Positions 1-9,792 of a stretch of DNA of 64,000 nt are shown here, piece by piece. This stretch comes from an uncultured delta proteobacterium. GTDB lineage: Bacteria; Myxococcota; Kuafuiibacteriia; Kuafuiibacteriales; Kuafuiibacteriaceae. The stretch is from NCBI GenBank assembly GCA_963803435.1, contig CAWDML010000003.1, forward strand, positions 512,001 to 576,000, given 5' to 3'. The notes beneath the pieces were generated by a model. That model saw nothing but the letters and a program-made list of their open reading frames with translations, did not search any database and was not told the origin of the DNA. Within the stretch, counting starts at the first letter, position 1. Every line of letters begins with the position of its first letter. The translations under genes were made by a program, and so were the position numbers.

Positions 1-2
1 TG

Positions 3-299
3 ATCGAGCGCCTGCGCGGGCGCTCGCCCTCGCCTTCGATGGCGCCCTTTCTGGAGGCGGCCAAGCTCCGTCTCGATCGCGAGGCGCTCCAGGCCGAGTA
101 CGCGTCTCGGCTCGTGGAGCAGAGCGGCATGCCGATGCTGGAGCTCCTCGACTTCAGCGCGCTCGCGGACTTCGGAGAAGGCGATCCACACGCGCACCCC
201 GAGAATCCTGCCCAGGTGGCCTGGCTCGATCGGATCGTCGAGTCGATCGACCTCGCGGTCGAGACGCCCGACACGGTGAGAAGGGCCACGGATGCCTGA
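3..299 (+). CDS. C-terminal part of a probable ArsA/Get3-like ATPase (first of a tandem pair), truncated by the window edge
   Basis: The frame is open from position 3 with GC-rich third codon positions, and its end overlaps the start of the downstream ArsA-family gene. The product is inferred from the usual tandem arrangement; no diagnostic motif lies in the window. Confidence 0.5.
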   Translation: MERLRGRSPSPSMAPFLEAAKLRLDREALQAEYASRLVEQSGMPMLELLDFSALADFGEGDPHAHPENPAQVAWLDRIVESIDLAVETPDTVRRATDA

Positions 300-1431
300 G
301 CTCGACCGCCTCCTCGATCAGGCGCGCTGCGTGGTCTGCGTGGGGCCGGGAGGCGTCGGCAAGACCTCCACGTCCGCAGCCCTCGCGATGGAGGCGGCGC
401 GCCGGGGGAAGCGGACGATCGTGCTGACGATCGATCCCGCAAGACGTCTTGCAAACGCGCTCGGTCTCCCGGAGATCGGCAACGAGGAGAAGGACGTCGG
501 CGCGTACGCCTTCGAGGCGGCGGGGCTCCAGCGACCGGAGGGCCGTCTCACCGCGATGATGCTCGACATCAAGCGGACCTGGGACGACGTCATCAACCGC
601 TACCACCCGGACCCGGAGCGGCGCGCCAAGCTCCTGGCCAACCGCCTCTACGTCGCCCTCTCCACCGCGCTCGCCGGCTCTCAGGAGTACATGGCGATGG
701 AGAAGCTCTACGAGCTGGCCGAACGCCAGGAGGATCGGCTCGACACGATCATCCTCGACACGCCCCCGGCCAACCACGCGGTCGACTTCCTGGAGGCGCC
801 GTCTCGGATGCTCAACGCGCTCGACAACGACGCCACCAAGTGGCTCATCGAGCCCTACAAGGAGAGAGGACGGATCACCCAGAAGCTCTTCGACGCCGGA
901 TCGTCCTTTTTCATCCGCACGATCTCGAGGTTCACCGGCGCCGAGCTGCTCGACGAGCTCGCGGAGCTCCTGGTGGGCTTTCAGGGCATGTACGACGGCT
1001 TTCGCCAGCGCGCCCGCGCGACCCGCGAGATCCTGGAGGCTGCCGACACGCAGTTCGTGGTGGTGAGCAAGCCGGACGACCGCGCGGCCAGCGACGCCCT
1101 CGTGTTCCGGGAGCGCCTGACCGAGCGCGGCTGTCGGGTCGGCGCCATCGTGCTGAACCGAGCCAGCCTCGACCCGTTCGCTGGGGCCACGCCTTCGCCC
1201 GGCCCCTTCGAGCTCGAGCTGGTGGAGGCCGGCGGTACGGTGGAGCTGGCACGCCGGATGATTGCGGTGGCAGAGGCGACCCGGATGATCGCCGCGCGCC
1301 ACGCGGCCTCGGCGCAGCGCCTCCAGGCGCAAGTCGAGGAAATCCCGGTGGCTGTGGTTCCGGAGCTCCCTCGCGACGTTCACGACCTGGTGGGTCTCGA
1401 CGCCTTGCGCGCGCACATGTTCGCGCGGTGA
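292..1431 (+). CDS. ArsA/Get3-family (anion-transporting-like) ATPase
   Basis: P-loop GPGGVGKT, switch I TIDPA and switch II LDTPP; 379 aa single-domain form. Confidence 0.9.
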   Translation: MPELDRLLDQARCVVCVGPGGVGKTSTSAALAMEAARRGKRTIVLTIDPARRLANALGLPEIGNEEKDVGAYAFEAAGLQRPEGRLTAMMLDIKRTWDDVINRYHPDPERRAKLLANRLYVALSTALAGSQEYMAMEKLYELAERQEDRLDTIILDTPPANHAVDFLEAPSRMLNALDNDATKWLIEPYKERGRITQKLFDAGSSFFIRTISRFTGAELLDELAELLVGFQGMYDGFRQRARATREILEAADTQFVVVSKPDDRAASDALVFRERLTERGCRVGAIVLNRASLDPFAGATPSPGPFELELVEAGGTVELARRMIAVAEATRMIAARHAASAQRLQAQVEEIPVAVVPELPRDVHDLVGLDALRAHMFAR

Positions 1432-1486
1432 AACATAATCCCCCGATCGGTTGTCTCTTCCGGAGGTGACTGGGGATAATCGAAGC

Positions 1487-2590
1487 GTGAGATCACGGGC
1501 GGTCGCGCTGGTCTTGATGGCGGGGTGCGCGACCACGGGACCATCGGGTGAGCGGGCGGAAGACAAGCCCCTCGTCAAGATGGAGCCGCTGCTGATCCGG
1601 AGCCAGACGGATCCGCTCACCGGCCTCGACGGCTACGACGCCGCCCAGCTCCTGGAGCTCGGCAATCGGCTCTACTCCACGGGCGAGGCCGACAAGGCCG
1701 TCCTGGTGTATGAGCGCCTGAAGGAGACGTTCCCGGACTCCGAGAACGTCCCCTCCGCGCTCTACAACGAGGGCCTCGCCTACGAGAAGCTCGCCGAGTG
1801 GGACAAGAGCCTCGCCTGCTACCAGGCGATCGTGGAGACCCACTCCGACTCCTCGAGCTATCGCGACGCCTACTTCCGGAGCGCGTTCATGTTCGGGAAG
1901 CTCGAGCGCTGGAAGGAGGTCGCCGACACCTTCTGGCAGATCCGGCAATTCACCGATCTCGCCACGATGGACGAGCTCGAGGCGCGCGTCGGCCAGGGTG
2001 TCGGCATGTTCATGCAGGACGACTTCGCCACGGCCGAGCACGAGTTCACCGCCGCGCTGCACTTCTACGACGACCACCAGAAGCTCGAGTACTTGCCGGC
2101 CGACTATTGGATCGGACAGGCACGGTTCTACCTCGGTGAGATCTACGCCCGCGAGTTCGAGGCGAAGAAGCTGTCGCAACCGAACCTCGACGAGGACAAG
2201 TGGGCCGAGATGATGGGCCAAGAGCTCGAGGAGAAGTGCGAGCTGCTGCTCCGCGCCCAGAACAACTTCATCCGTGCGATCCGGGTCGGGCACACGGGTT
2301 GGGCCACCGCGGCCGGCTTCCGCATCGGATCGCTGTACGAGCGGCTCTACGACGATCTGCTGCAAGTGCCCGTACCCCCGAGCTTGAGCGACGAGGGCGT
2401 GAAGTTCTACCGCGAGGAGCTCCGCAAGAAGGTCAGCGTCCTGGTGATGAAGGCGATCAGCGTCTACGAGCGCTCGCTCGAGATGGCGCAGCGCGTGGGC
2501 GAAGAGAACGAGTGGGTCAAGAAGACCTCGGCCTCGCTGGAGCGGATGAAGTCGCTGGCGCTGGCGCAGCTGGATGGGCCGCCCAACTGA
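1487..2590 (+). CDS. Tetratricopeptide-repeat lipoprotein
   Basis: GTG start, lipobox-like LMAG-C, and several TPR-like helical pairs (ALYNEGLAYEKL, AYFRSAFMFGKL, ARFYLGEIY, AAGFRIGSLY). Confidence 0.8.
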   Translation: MRSRAVALVLMAGCATTGPSGERAEDKPLVKMEPLLIRSQTDPLTGLDGYDAAQLLELGNRLYSTGEADKAVLVYERLKETFPDSENVPSALYNEGLAYEKLAEWDKSLACYQAIVETHSDSSSYRDAYFRSAFMFGKLERWKEVADTFWQIRQFTDLATMDELEARVGQGVGMFMQDDFATAEHEFTAALHFYDDHQKLEYLPADYWIGQARFYLGEIYAREFEAKKLSQPNLDEDKWAEMMGQELEEKCELLLRAQNNFIRAIRVGHTGWATAAGFRIGSLYERLYDDLLQVPVPPSLSDEGVKFYREELRKKVSVLVMKAISVYERSLEMAQRVGEENEWVKKTSASLERMKSLALAQLDGPPN

Positions 2591-2610
2591 GCGGGCGCAG
2601 GCGCATCCTT

Positions 2611-2659
2611 CACGACGGTGACCGTGGCGCTCGCGTCTTGGAGCGACGAGGGGGTCGTG
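2611..2659. repeat. Imperfect inverted repeat between convergent genes (possible bidirectional terminator or REP-like element)
   Basis: Outer arms CACGAC...GTCGTG and inner arms CGCTC...GAGCG. It contains CGGTGACCGTGGCG (2616-2629), which is identical to 27829-27842. Confidence 0.4.
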
Positions 2660-2667
2660 CAAGCGTT

Positions 2668-3111
2668 TTAGGGGGGCGGAGCGTTGGTCATGAACCCCAG
2701 CCCCAGGTGTGCGAGGGCGAACGTGCGTCCGTCCGGCCCGGTCCATCGCTCGACGATCTTCACCTCGGCCTCCGCACGGCTCGGCATGGAGGCCAGCGCC
2801 TCGTCGATGCCGGCCGCCGCCGCCTTGCCGTTCGGTGAAGTCTCGAACTGACGCCTGAGCCTCGCCACGTACCAGCCCTCGAACTCGTTCATCGCGGTGG
2901 CGCGGGCCCGCGACTCGGCGAGGGACTGGCGCTCGGTCAGGCTGGCGATTTCGGGCTCGGCGGTGCCCACGCCGAAGAAGCCTTGCTGCTCGTCGCCCCA
3001 GGCTTGCTTGCCTTGCGCGATCCAGGCGGGGAGCTCGAGCTTTTCGGGGGCGGGGGGCGATCCGGCGCATCCGATGAGGGCGGCCGCGAGGGTGAGGCGG
3101 ACGAGGTTCAC
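2668..3111 (-). CDS. LPP20-like lipoprotein
   Basis: The GTG start overlaps the upstream stop (GTGA). Lipobox LIG-C, followed by the pattern PAWI...FFGVG...AESRAR typical of LPP20-type lipoproteins. Confidence 0.6.
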   Translation of the reverse strand: MNLVRLTLAAALIGCAGSPPAPEKLELPAWIAQGKQAWGDEQQGFFGVGTAEPEIASLTERQSLAESRARATAMNEFEGWYVARLRRQFETSPNGKAAAAGIDEALASMPSRAEAEVKIVERWTGPDGRTFALAHLGLGFMTNAPPP

Positions 3112-3485
3112 TTCTTCTTGAGTAGATCGATGCCGGCCCAGACCGCCTTCGGATCCTTGGCCTTCTCCAGCTTCAGGGCCTTGAGGAGCGTGGCGAGCGC
3201 GGCGTCGCGCTTGGTGGGCTCCTTCTCCCCGACGACGGAGGTCAGGAACGTGCGGCCGGCCGCCTTGTTCTCGAGCTTGTCGCTCTCGTACTTGCCCTTC
3301 TCGTGGCAGGCGGTGCACTTCACGCCCAGCCCCTTGGACATGCTTTTCATCCCCTTCTCGACGGCCTTCTTGTCTGCGCCGCTGAGGACCTTGAGGTTCT
3401 TGAACTCCTCGCTCGCCCGCGCAGACGAGACCTGAAGCAGGGCGAGGAAGGCCAGAGCACCGATTAGAGCAATGATGGGTTTCAT
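3108..3485 (-). CDS. Small exported monoheme c-type cytochrome (short reaction-centre cytochrome-c-subunit-like family)
   Basis: Signal peptide MKPIIALIG..., then KNLKVL...MKSMSKGLGVKCTACH with one CxxCH. RBS AGGAG lies upstream. Confidence 0.75.
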   Translation of the reverse strand: MKPIIALIGALAFLALLQVSSARASEEFKNLKVLSGADKKAVEKGMKSMSKGLGVKCTACHEKGKYESDKLENKAAGRTFLTSVVGEKEPTKRDAALATLLKALKLEKAKDPKAVWAGIDLLKKK

Positions 3486-3523
3486 AACTTCTCCTGATGA
3501 GACGCCGATTCGATCGGGCGAAT

Positions 3524-4060
3524 TCACTCCACCGTCAGCAGCGCCGTGCCAGCGTCGACCGCTTGGCCCGGTTCGACGAAGATCCGGCCGATCTTGCCCG
3601 CCTTGGGGGCCCTCAGCTCGTTCTCCATCTTCATCGCCTCGACGATGATCAGTGATTGGTTCTCCTCCACCGACTGCCCGGGTGCGACGATGATCTTCAC
3701 GACCTTCCCCGGCATCGGTGAATGGATGGTTTGCGGGCCTTCGACGGCGAACTTGCGGGAGACGATCCCCACGCGGGCGCGGCGCTCGTCGATCACGCTC
3801 AGCTGGACGATCGAGCCGCGCACCAGCGTGTTGTAGCGGCCCTCACTCTCGTTGCCGCCGGCGACCTCCAGCTCCACGTCGTAGCTCTGGTTGTCGATCA
3901 CCAGGCTCCAGGTGCCGCCGGCGAAGCGGCGGGCGTCGACCTGATGGACGACGCCGTCGATCTCGACCTGGTAGCGCTGCTCCCGGTCGAGCGACACCTT
4001 GATCTCCTCCTCGGTGTCACCGAAGTGGGCGATGAACTTCTGCGGTCCTCGAGCAGTCAT
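3524..4060 (-). CDS. Biotin carboxyl carrier protein subunit of an acyl-CoA carboxylase
   Basis: SPMPGKV...EAMKMENE biotinyl-lysine motif. The ATG overlaps the stop of the biotin carboxylase gene. Confidence 0.9.
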   Translation of the reverse strand: MTARGPQKFIAHFGDTEEEIKVSLDREQRYQVEIDGVVHQVDARRFAGGTWSLVIDNQSYDVELEVAGGNESEGRYNTLVRGSIVQLSVIDERRARVGIVSRKFAVEGPQTIHSPMPGKVVKIIVAPGQSVEENQSLIIVEAMKMENELRAPKAGKIGRIFVEPGQAVDAGTALLTVE

Positions 4061-5571
4061 CAGAAGTTGAACCTCGTGAAGGCATCGGTCCGACCGAGCT
4101 GCCTCCAGCGGGAGGCGCGGGCGTCGTCGGTTCCGCCGGACACGATTTTGTCGGCCAGCTCGCGGCTGTACTCGAACTGACGGATCGCCGCAGCGATCAT
4201 GGCGACCCGCACGCGGCCGTCGTCGGGCGCCTGATCGGTGCCGATGTGGCGCGCGATGAAACCGGTATCGGTTCGGCCCCCCTGGAAGGCCTCGTGCTGC
4301 ACGATGCGACGGAGGAACCGCACGTTGGTGTCGATCCCGTTGATCACAAACTCGGAGAGCGCGCGGTCGAGGCGGCGGATGGCGGAGATGCGATCGCTGC
4401 CGTGGACGATCAGCTTGGCCAGCAGCGGATCGTAGTGAGGCGTGACCTCGTAGCCGGCGTAGACGCCGCTGTCGACGCGCACGCCGTAGCCGCCGGGCAC
4501 GCGGAGGTGCGAGATGACGCCCGGCGAGGGCCGGAACCCGAGGGCGGGATTCTCGGCGTAGATGCGGGCCTCCAGCGAGGCGCCGCGGGGGGCGATCGGC
4601 CGGACCTGGAGCGGCTCGCCGCGGGCGACACGCAGCTGCTCGAGGACCAGATCGTAGCCGGTGGTCAGCTCGGTCACCGGGTGCTCGACCTGTAGCCGCG
4701 TGTTCATCTCGAGGAAGTAGAAGTTGCGATCCTCGTCCACGAGGAACTCGACGGTGCCGGCGCCGACATAGTCGACCGCCTTGGCGGCCCGCACCGCGAC
4801 CTCGCCCATCTTGGCCCGAAGATCCGAGTCGACGAAAGGCGAGGGCGCCTCCTCGATCACCTTCTGGTTGCGCCGCTGGATCGAACACTCGCGCTCGTTG
4901 AGGTGGACGACGTTGCCGTGCTCGTCGCCGAAGACCTGGACCTCGATGTGCCGGGGGCTCGAAATGAAACGCTCCAGGTAAACCGAGCCGTCGCCGAATG
5001 CAGAGGCGGCCTCGCGCGAGGCACCGGAGAAAGCGTCGGCCAGGTCCTCGGGCCGCTCCACCAGCCGCATGCCGCGTCCGCCGCCGCCGGCTGCCGCTTT
5101 CAGCATCACCGGGAAGCCGATCTCGGCCGCGAGGGCGGCGGCTTGCTCGGCGGTCGCCACCGGATCGGAGGTGCCGGGAACGACCGGTACGCCCGCCGCG
5201 ATCATCCGCTTCCGAGCGACCGTCTTGTTGCCCATGGTCTCGATCGCCTGGGGAGAGGGGCCGATGAAGATGATCCCGGCGTCGGCACACGCCCGCGCGA
5301 ACGCCGCGTTCTCCGAGAGGAAGCCGTAGCCCGGATGGACGGCCTCGGCGCCGGAGCGCTTGGCGGCGTCGATGATGCGATCGATCCGGAGGTAGCTCTC
5401 GCGCGAAGGCGCCGGGCCGATCGGATACGCCTCGGTGGCATACGTCGTGTGCGCGGCCATTCTGTCGGGCTCGGAGTACACCGCCACCGACGGGATGCCG
5501 AGCTCACGACAGGTGCGCATGACGCGGATGGCGATCTCGCCGCGGTTTGCCACCAAGATCCGCCGGAACAT
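4060..5571 (-). CDS. accC: Biotin carboxylase subunit of an acetyl/propionyl-CoA carboxylase
   Basis: ILVANRGEIA, HPGYGFLSEN, KAAAGGGGRGMR, ERECSIQRR and FLEMNTRLQVEHPVTE. Confidence 0.95.
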   Translation of the reverse strand: MFRRILVANRGEIAIRVMRTCRELGIPSVAVYSEPDRMAAHTTYATEAYPIGPAPSRESYLRIDRIIDAAKRSGAEAVHPGYGFLSENAAFARACADAGIIFIGPSPQAIETMGNKTVARKRMIAAGVPVVPGTSDPVATAEQAAALAAEIGFPVMLKAAAGGGGRGMRLVERPEDLADAFSGASREAASAFGDGSVYLERFISSPRHIEVQVFGDEHGNVVHLNERECSIQRRNQKVIEEAPSPFVDSDLRAKMGEVAVRAAKAVDYVGAGTVEFLVDEDRNFYFLEMNTRLQVEHPVTELTTGYDLVLEQLRVARGEPLQVRPIAPRGASLEARIYAENPALGFRPSPGVISHLRVPGGYGVRVDSGVYAGYEVTPHYDPLLAKLIVHGSDRISAIRRLDRALSEFVINGIDTNVRFLRRIVQHEAFQGGRTDTGFIARHIGTDQAPDDGRVRVAMIAAAIRQFEYSRELADKIVSGGTDDARASRWRQLGRTDAFTRFNF

Positions 5572-5639
5572 CGGCGTGGCTCATAGCGCAGTGCACGAGG
5601 CTTGTCAGCCGGGTCAGGCGCAGGGAGGATGCGACAGGG

Positions 5640-6791
5640 ATGACCCTCCGCCGGGCCCTGCTGTTCGCGCTGGTCCTCGCCGGGATGCCCGCGCTGGGTG
5701 AGCCCGACGAGTACGCGCAGCTGATCCAAGCGACCCGAGCCGCGCTCGCGAAGAGGGCGTTCGACGAGGCCGCGCAAGACTGCCGGCATGCGATCCAGGC
5801 GGCGAAGCGGCGCGAGCCGATGAAGGAGGCCCTGGCCCTGGAGCTCTGCGGCGACATCGAGACGCGCCGGGAGCGACACCTGGAGGCGGCCCGGCGGTAT
5901 GCCAGCGCGGCGAAGCACTCCCGCGAAGATCTGAAGCTCCGGCGCAAGCTGCTCTCGCTGCGGAAGCGGGCCGCCGAGAAGGCGAAGGCGGAGAGCAGCG
6001 TGGCGCTCGCCGCCGAGGTCATGGAGGCGGACCGCACGCTCGAGCAGGTCACGCGGCGGCCGCGGCGCGGCGGCGACAGCCTCGACAAGACCCTCTCGGC
6101 CCTGGCCGAGGCGGCGGAGACCTACCGGAAGGATCGCGATCGGGATCGCGCGGAGGAGGCGCTGGCGCTCCGCGCGCTGGTGATGGTGCGCTCCGACAAG
6201 GCCGAGGACGGTCTCCGCGCGGTCGATCGCGTGCTCTCGAAGCCCAACCCGTCGAAGTACGCCGCGCTCGCCGCCTACGAGGCGCGGACGGTGGCGCTTT
6301 TGGATCGAGGCGACAACGCGGGCGCCGCGACGGCCGCGATCGCGTTCAACGGTCTCGCGAATCCGGGCGCGCGGTCCCCCCTGCTCGATCGCGCTTGCTA
6401 CCGCTACGACCAGGAGAAGGGGGCCGGTCAATGCGCGCGGCTCGAGATCAGGGTGACGGGCCAGGTGACGTTCACCGACTACTCTCTGGCCAAGCGGAAG
6501 CGGGAGCTCACCGACGAGGACATCGAGCGCGTGCACGCGCAGGCGCTGCCCGCGCTGGAGGCGTGCGTCCTGGCGGCGGCGAAGAAGGAGCCCGAGTTCT
6601 ATCGGAACGTCGACATCCAGATCTCATGGGTGATCGATCCCGAGGGCCGCGCCGTGGACATCGAGCTGGTGCCGAAGCGCAACAAGCCGGACATCATGCC
6701 GTGCGCTCAGGAGCGCTTGATGCGTGTGCGGTATCCGAAGGTCTTCTCGAGGGAGCGCAAGAACGTGACGATCCCGTACCACCTCGATTGA
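5640..6791 (+). CDS. Exported helical-repeat protein with a C-terminal AgmX/PglI (TonB-C-like) domain
   Basis: Signal peptide, Ala-rich helical body, and C-terminal pattern LEACV...ISWVIDPEG...C...RVRYP...VTIPY. Confidence 0.65.
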   Translation: MTLRRALLFALVLAGMPALGEPDEYAQLIQATRAALAKRAFDEAAQDCRHAIQAAKRREPMKEALALELCGDIETRRERHLEAARRYASAAKHSREDLKLRRKLLSLRKRAAEKAKAESSVALAAEVMEADRTLEQVTRRPRRGGDSLDKTLSALAEAAETYRKDRDRDRAEEALALRALVMVRSDKAEDGLRAVDRVLSKPNPSKYAALAAYEARTVALLDRGDNAGAATAAIAFNGLANPGARSPLLDRACYRYDQEKGAGQCARLEIRVTGQVTFTDYSLAKRKRELTDEDIERVHAQALPALEACVLAAAKKEPEFYRNVDIQISWVIDPEGRAVDIELVPKRNKPDIMPCAQERLMRVRYPKVFSRERKNVTIPYHLD

Positions 6792-6794
6792 GGA

Positions 6795-8252
6795 TCAATA
6801 CGCCTTCGCCCAGATCACCCGCTGCTTCGACGGCTTTCCGGTGACCATGCACTCGCCCGGCTCCGCCTCGAAGCCCTGATCCGCCAGCGGGAGGCAGCGG
6901 ATGGTGGCGCCGGTGTCCTGCTTCACCTTGGCCTCGGTCTCCCGGGTTCCGTCCCAGTGGGCGAAGACGAACTTGTTCTCCTTCGCCATGAGCGCCTGGA
7001 AGTCGCCGTAGGCGTCGAGCCGGACCGTGTTGTCCTCGCGGAACCTCTGGGCCTTCTCCAGCAGGCTCGCCTGCATCTTCTCCAGCTGCTCCCGGGCGAA
7101 GGCGACCAGACCGCCGAGCGGGACACTCTCCTTGGCGTCGAGGTCCCGCCGCTTGAACATGGCGCTCCCGTTCTCGAGATCCTTGGGGCCGACCTCGAAC
7201 CGGAGCGGGACGCCCTCGCGCTCGTACTTGAAGAACTTCGGGCCGGGATGGCCCTCGGCCGCGTCGAAGAACGCCGAGATGCCCGCGTCCTGGAGCGCGC
7301 GCTGGATTCGGGTGCACTCGTCGCGCACGCGCTGGTTCTCCTCCTCCTTCTTGCGGAAGAAGGGGACGATCGCCGCCTGGAGCGGCGCCAGCTTCGGCGG
7401 CAGCACCAGGCCCTTGTCGTCGGAGTGGGTCATGATCAGCCCGCCGATCAGGCGCGTCGACGCGCCCCAGCTGGTCTGCCACACGTGCTCGAGCTGCCCG
7501 TCCTTGTTCTGGAAGCGGACGTTGAACGCCTTGCCGAAGTTCTGTCCCAGGTCGTGGCTGGTCCCCGCCTGCAGCGCCTTGCCGTCCTGCATCATGGCCT
7601 CGATGCAGAAGCTGGCGTCGGCGCCCGCGAACTTCTCGGTGTCGGTCTTGATCCCGCGGATCACCGGCATCGCCATCCAATCCCAGGCGAACTCGGAGTA
7701 GACGTCGAGCATCCGCAGCACTTCCTCGCGCGCCTCTTCATGCGTGGCGTGGGCGGTGTGGCCCTCCTGCCAGAGGAACTCGCCGGTGCGGAGGAACATC
7801 CGCGTGCGCAGCTCCCAGCGCATCACGTTGGCCCACTGGTTGATGAGCATCGGCAGATCGCGCCAGGACTGGATCCACTGGGAGAAGAAGTGGCCGATGA
7901 CGGTCTCGGAGGTCGGCCGGATCACGTACGGCTCCTCGAGCGTCTCGCCGCCCGCGACGGTGACGAGCGCAAGCTCCGGCGAGAAGCCCTCGACGTGCTG
8001 GGCCTCCTTCTGGATGAACGAGTACGGGATCAAGAGCGGGAAGTACGCGTTCTTGTGTCCGGTCTCCTTGAAGCGACGGTCGAGCTGCGCCTGGATCTTC
8101 TCCCAGATCGCGTACCCGTTCGGCTTGATCACCATGCAGCCCTTGACGATGCCGGCCGGCTCGGCGAGCTGACCCTCGCGGATGACGTCCTGGTACCAGT
8201 CGGGATAGCTCTCCGCACGCGGAGTGATGCGGGCCTCGTTCTCTTGCGCCAT
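6795..8252 (-). CDS. proS: Proline--tRNA ligase, archaeal/eukaryote type
   Basis: [46 protein letters not shown], and C-terminal ...WAKAY; no editing insertion. Confidence 0.97.
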   Translation of the reverse strand: MAQENEARITPRAESYPDWYQDVIREGQLAEPAGIVKGCMVIKPNGYAIWEKIQAQLDRRFKETGHKNAYFPLLIPYSFIQKEAQHVEGFSPELALVTVAGGETLEEPYVIRPTSETVIGHFFSQWIQSWRDLPMLINQWANVMRWELRTRMFLRTGEFLWQEGHTAHATHEEAREEVLRMLDVYSEFAWDWMAMPVIRGIKTDTEKFAGADASFCIEAMMQDGKALQAGTSHDLGQNFGKAFNVRFQNKDGQLEHVWQTSWGASTRLIGGLIMTHSDDKGLVLPPKLAPLQAAIVPFFRKKEEENQRVRDECTRIQRALQDAGISAFFDAAEGHPGPKFFKYEREGVPLRFEVGPKDLENGSAMFKRRDLDAKESVPLGGLVAFAREQLEKMQASLLEKAQRFREDNTVRLDAYGDFQALMAKENKFVFAHWDGTRETEAKVKQDTGATIRCLPLADQGFEAEPGECMVTGKPSKQRVIWAKAY

Positions 8253-8300
8253 GAAGCCGGGGATTGAACGCGGCTCAGCTCGAGGGGGTCAAGATTCGTT

Positions 8301-9788
8301 TCACGGTTTCTTCCAGAAGAAGAGTCCGCGCTTCGGTTTCTCCGCCCGCTTCGCCATCCGGCGCTCGATCAGCCGGAGCTCCAGCTCGGCCTCCCGGTCG
8401 TTCGCGACCTCGACGGCCTTCTCGAACTCCTGGCGGGCGCGCTCTTCCTTCCCTTCGAGACGCCACAACCGTCCCAGGATCAGGTGTGCCTTCCCGTTCT
8501 TCGCGTCTTGCTCGAGCGTCTCCTTCGCGAACTTCCTGGTCTCCGCGAACGATCGGTCTCGGTCCCAGTCGGTCTGAGCGCTCAGCATCTCGGTGTACGC
8601 GCGATACATCCGGTAGGCCCGCGCGTTCGGATTCTGATCGATCGCCTGGGCGAACATTCCGGCGGCGCCCTTGCGCTCGCCGCGCTCGAGCAGCTGCTTT
8701 CCGCGCAGAAACGCCGCCTCGGCGTCGAGGTCCGTGTTGGGGCGGGCCGTCGCTCCGGTCGGGCGCGGCGCGGCGCGCTCCAGCAGCGAGTCGCGGAGCG
8801 CGGCGATCTCGTTGTAGATGTCCGTCAGCCGGGCGTGCTCCTTGTTCGAGGCCTCTCTCATCGCCGCCTGGACGAACGGCCTCACGCGGCGCTCGAAGGC
8901 CGCGTTGACGTCGTCAGGCGTGGCGTCGCTCCGGACCCCCAGGTACGCCTCGGGGGTCGAGCTTCGGATCCGCTGGAGCTCGGCGGCGATCGACGCCGGG
9001 AGATCGCCCTCCGGCGGCTCCTCCTCCGCCGGCGGGCTGGCGCCGAAGCTCAGATCCATCGTGGAGGGCAGCCGGAGCAGGTCGGACAGATCGCCGGTCC
9101 GCACCACGTCGAGGAAGCCGAGCAGGAGCATCGCGGTGGCGAGCTGCTGATCCAGGAGATCGGACCCGACGATCTCGGCCAGCGTCTGCTCGCCGTCGAA
9201 CGGGGAGAGCAGCTCCGTGGGGAGGTTGAGCAGCGCGGCCACGGTCTCGGGAGTGTCGAAGAGGCGCACGCGGCGGTGGAGGTCGGGGGCGAGCACCGCC
9301 TCGCAGCGGCGCTCGTCGAAGTGGCGCACGACGCCCTCCGCGATGAGCGCGGGCACGGGCCAGGGCGCGCGGTTACCCTCGCGGATCGCCCCGGTGTCGG
9401 GGATGATCTCCAGCGCCACGTGCTCCCACTGGAAGCATCCGAGGATCTTCTCGCGGACCTGGGTGCGGAGCGCGCGGTGCAGCTGGGTGGCGTCGAGGAA
9501 TTCCAGCTCAATCAGCACGTCGCCCAGCCGAAGCGCCGAGCCCTGGGCGTCGAGATCGGCGAGCCGGAGGATCGCGCGCTCGTACTGCTCCTCGTCGAGC
9601 AGGCCCAGCCGCAGGCAGAGCATTCCCAGCGTCTCGCTGCGCGCCCCGCCGGTGGCCCAGACCGGGACGCCGTCGAGGAACGCGATCGAGGTCTTGACCT
9701 GCTCCGCCGACACCTCGAGGACGGCGGTTCGGCGGCTCCGCCAGAGCTCGACGATCGCTCCCGCGAACCCGTGCTCCACGATCGCCAC
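8301..9788 (-). CDS. DUF4388-like / J-like / TPR multidomain protein
   Basis: N-terminal RRTAVLEV...FLDGVPV...ETLG...RLGDVL domain, a J-like helix pair (YLGVRSDATPDDVNAAF) and C-terminal TPRs. The start may be the GTG at 9779. Confidence 0.7.
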   Translation of the reverse strand: MAIVEHGFAGAIVELWRSRRTAVLEVSAEQVKTSIAFLDGVPVWATGGARSETLGMLCLRLGLLDEEQYERAILRLADLDAQGSALRLGDVLIELEFLDATQLHRALRTQVREKILGCFQWEHVALEIIPDTGAIREGNRAPWPVPALIAEGVVRHFDERRCEAVLAPDLHRRVRLFDTPETVAALLNLPTELLSPFDGEQTLAEIVGSDLLDQQLATAMLLLGFLDVVRTGDLSDLLRLPSTMDLSFGASPPAEEEPPEGDLPASIAAELQRIRSSTPEAYLGVRSDATPDDVNAAFERRVRPFVQAAMREASNKEHARLTDIYNEIAALRDSLLERAAPRPTGATARPNTDLDAEAAFLRGKQLLERGERKGAAGMFAQAIDQNPNARAYRMYRAYTEMLSAQTDWDRDRSFAETRKFAKETLEQDAKNGKAHLILGRLWRLEGKEERARQEFEKAVEVANDREAELELRLIERRMAKRAEKPKRGLFFWKKP

Positions 9789-9792
9789 GCTA

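Noticed and set aside
2668-2676. Possible frameshift at the G6 run ending the LPP20-like gene
   Set aside because: No alternative frame gives a convincing continuation, and the protein length is plausible as it stands.
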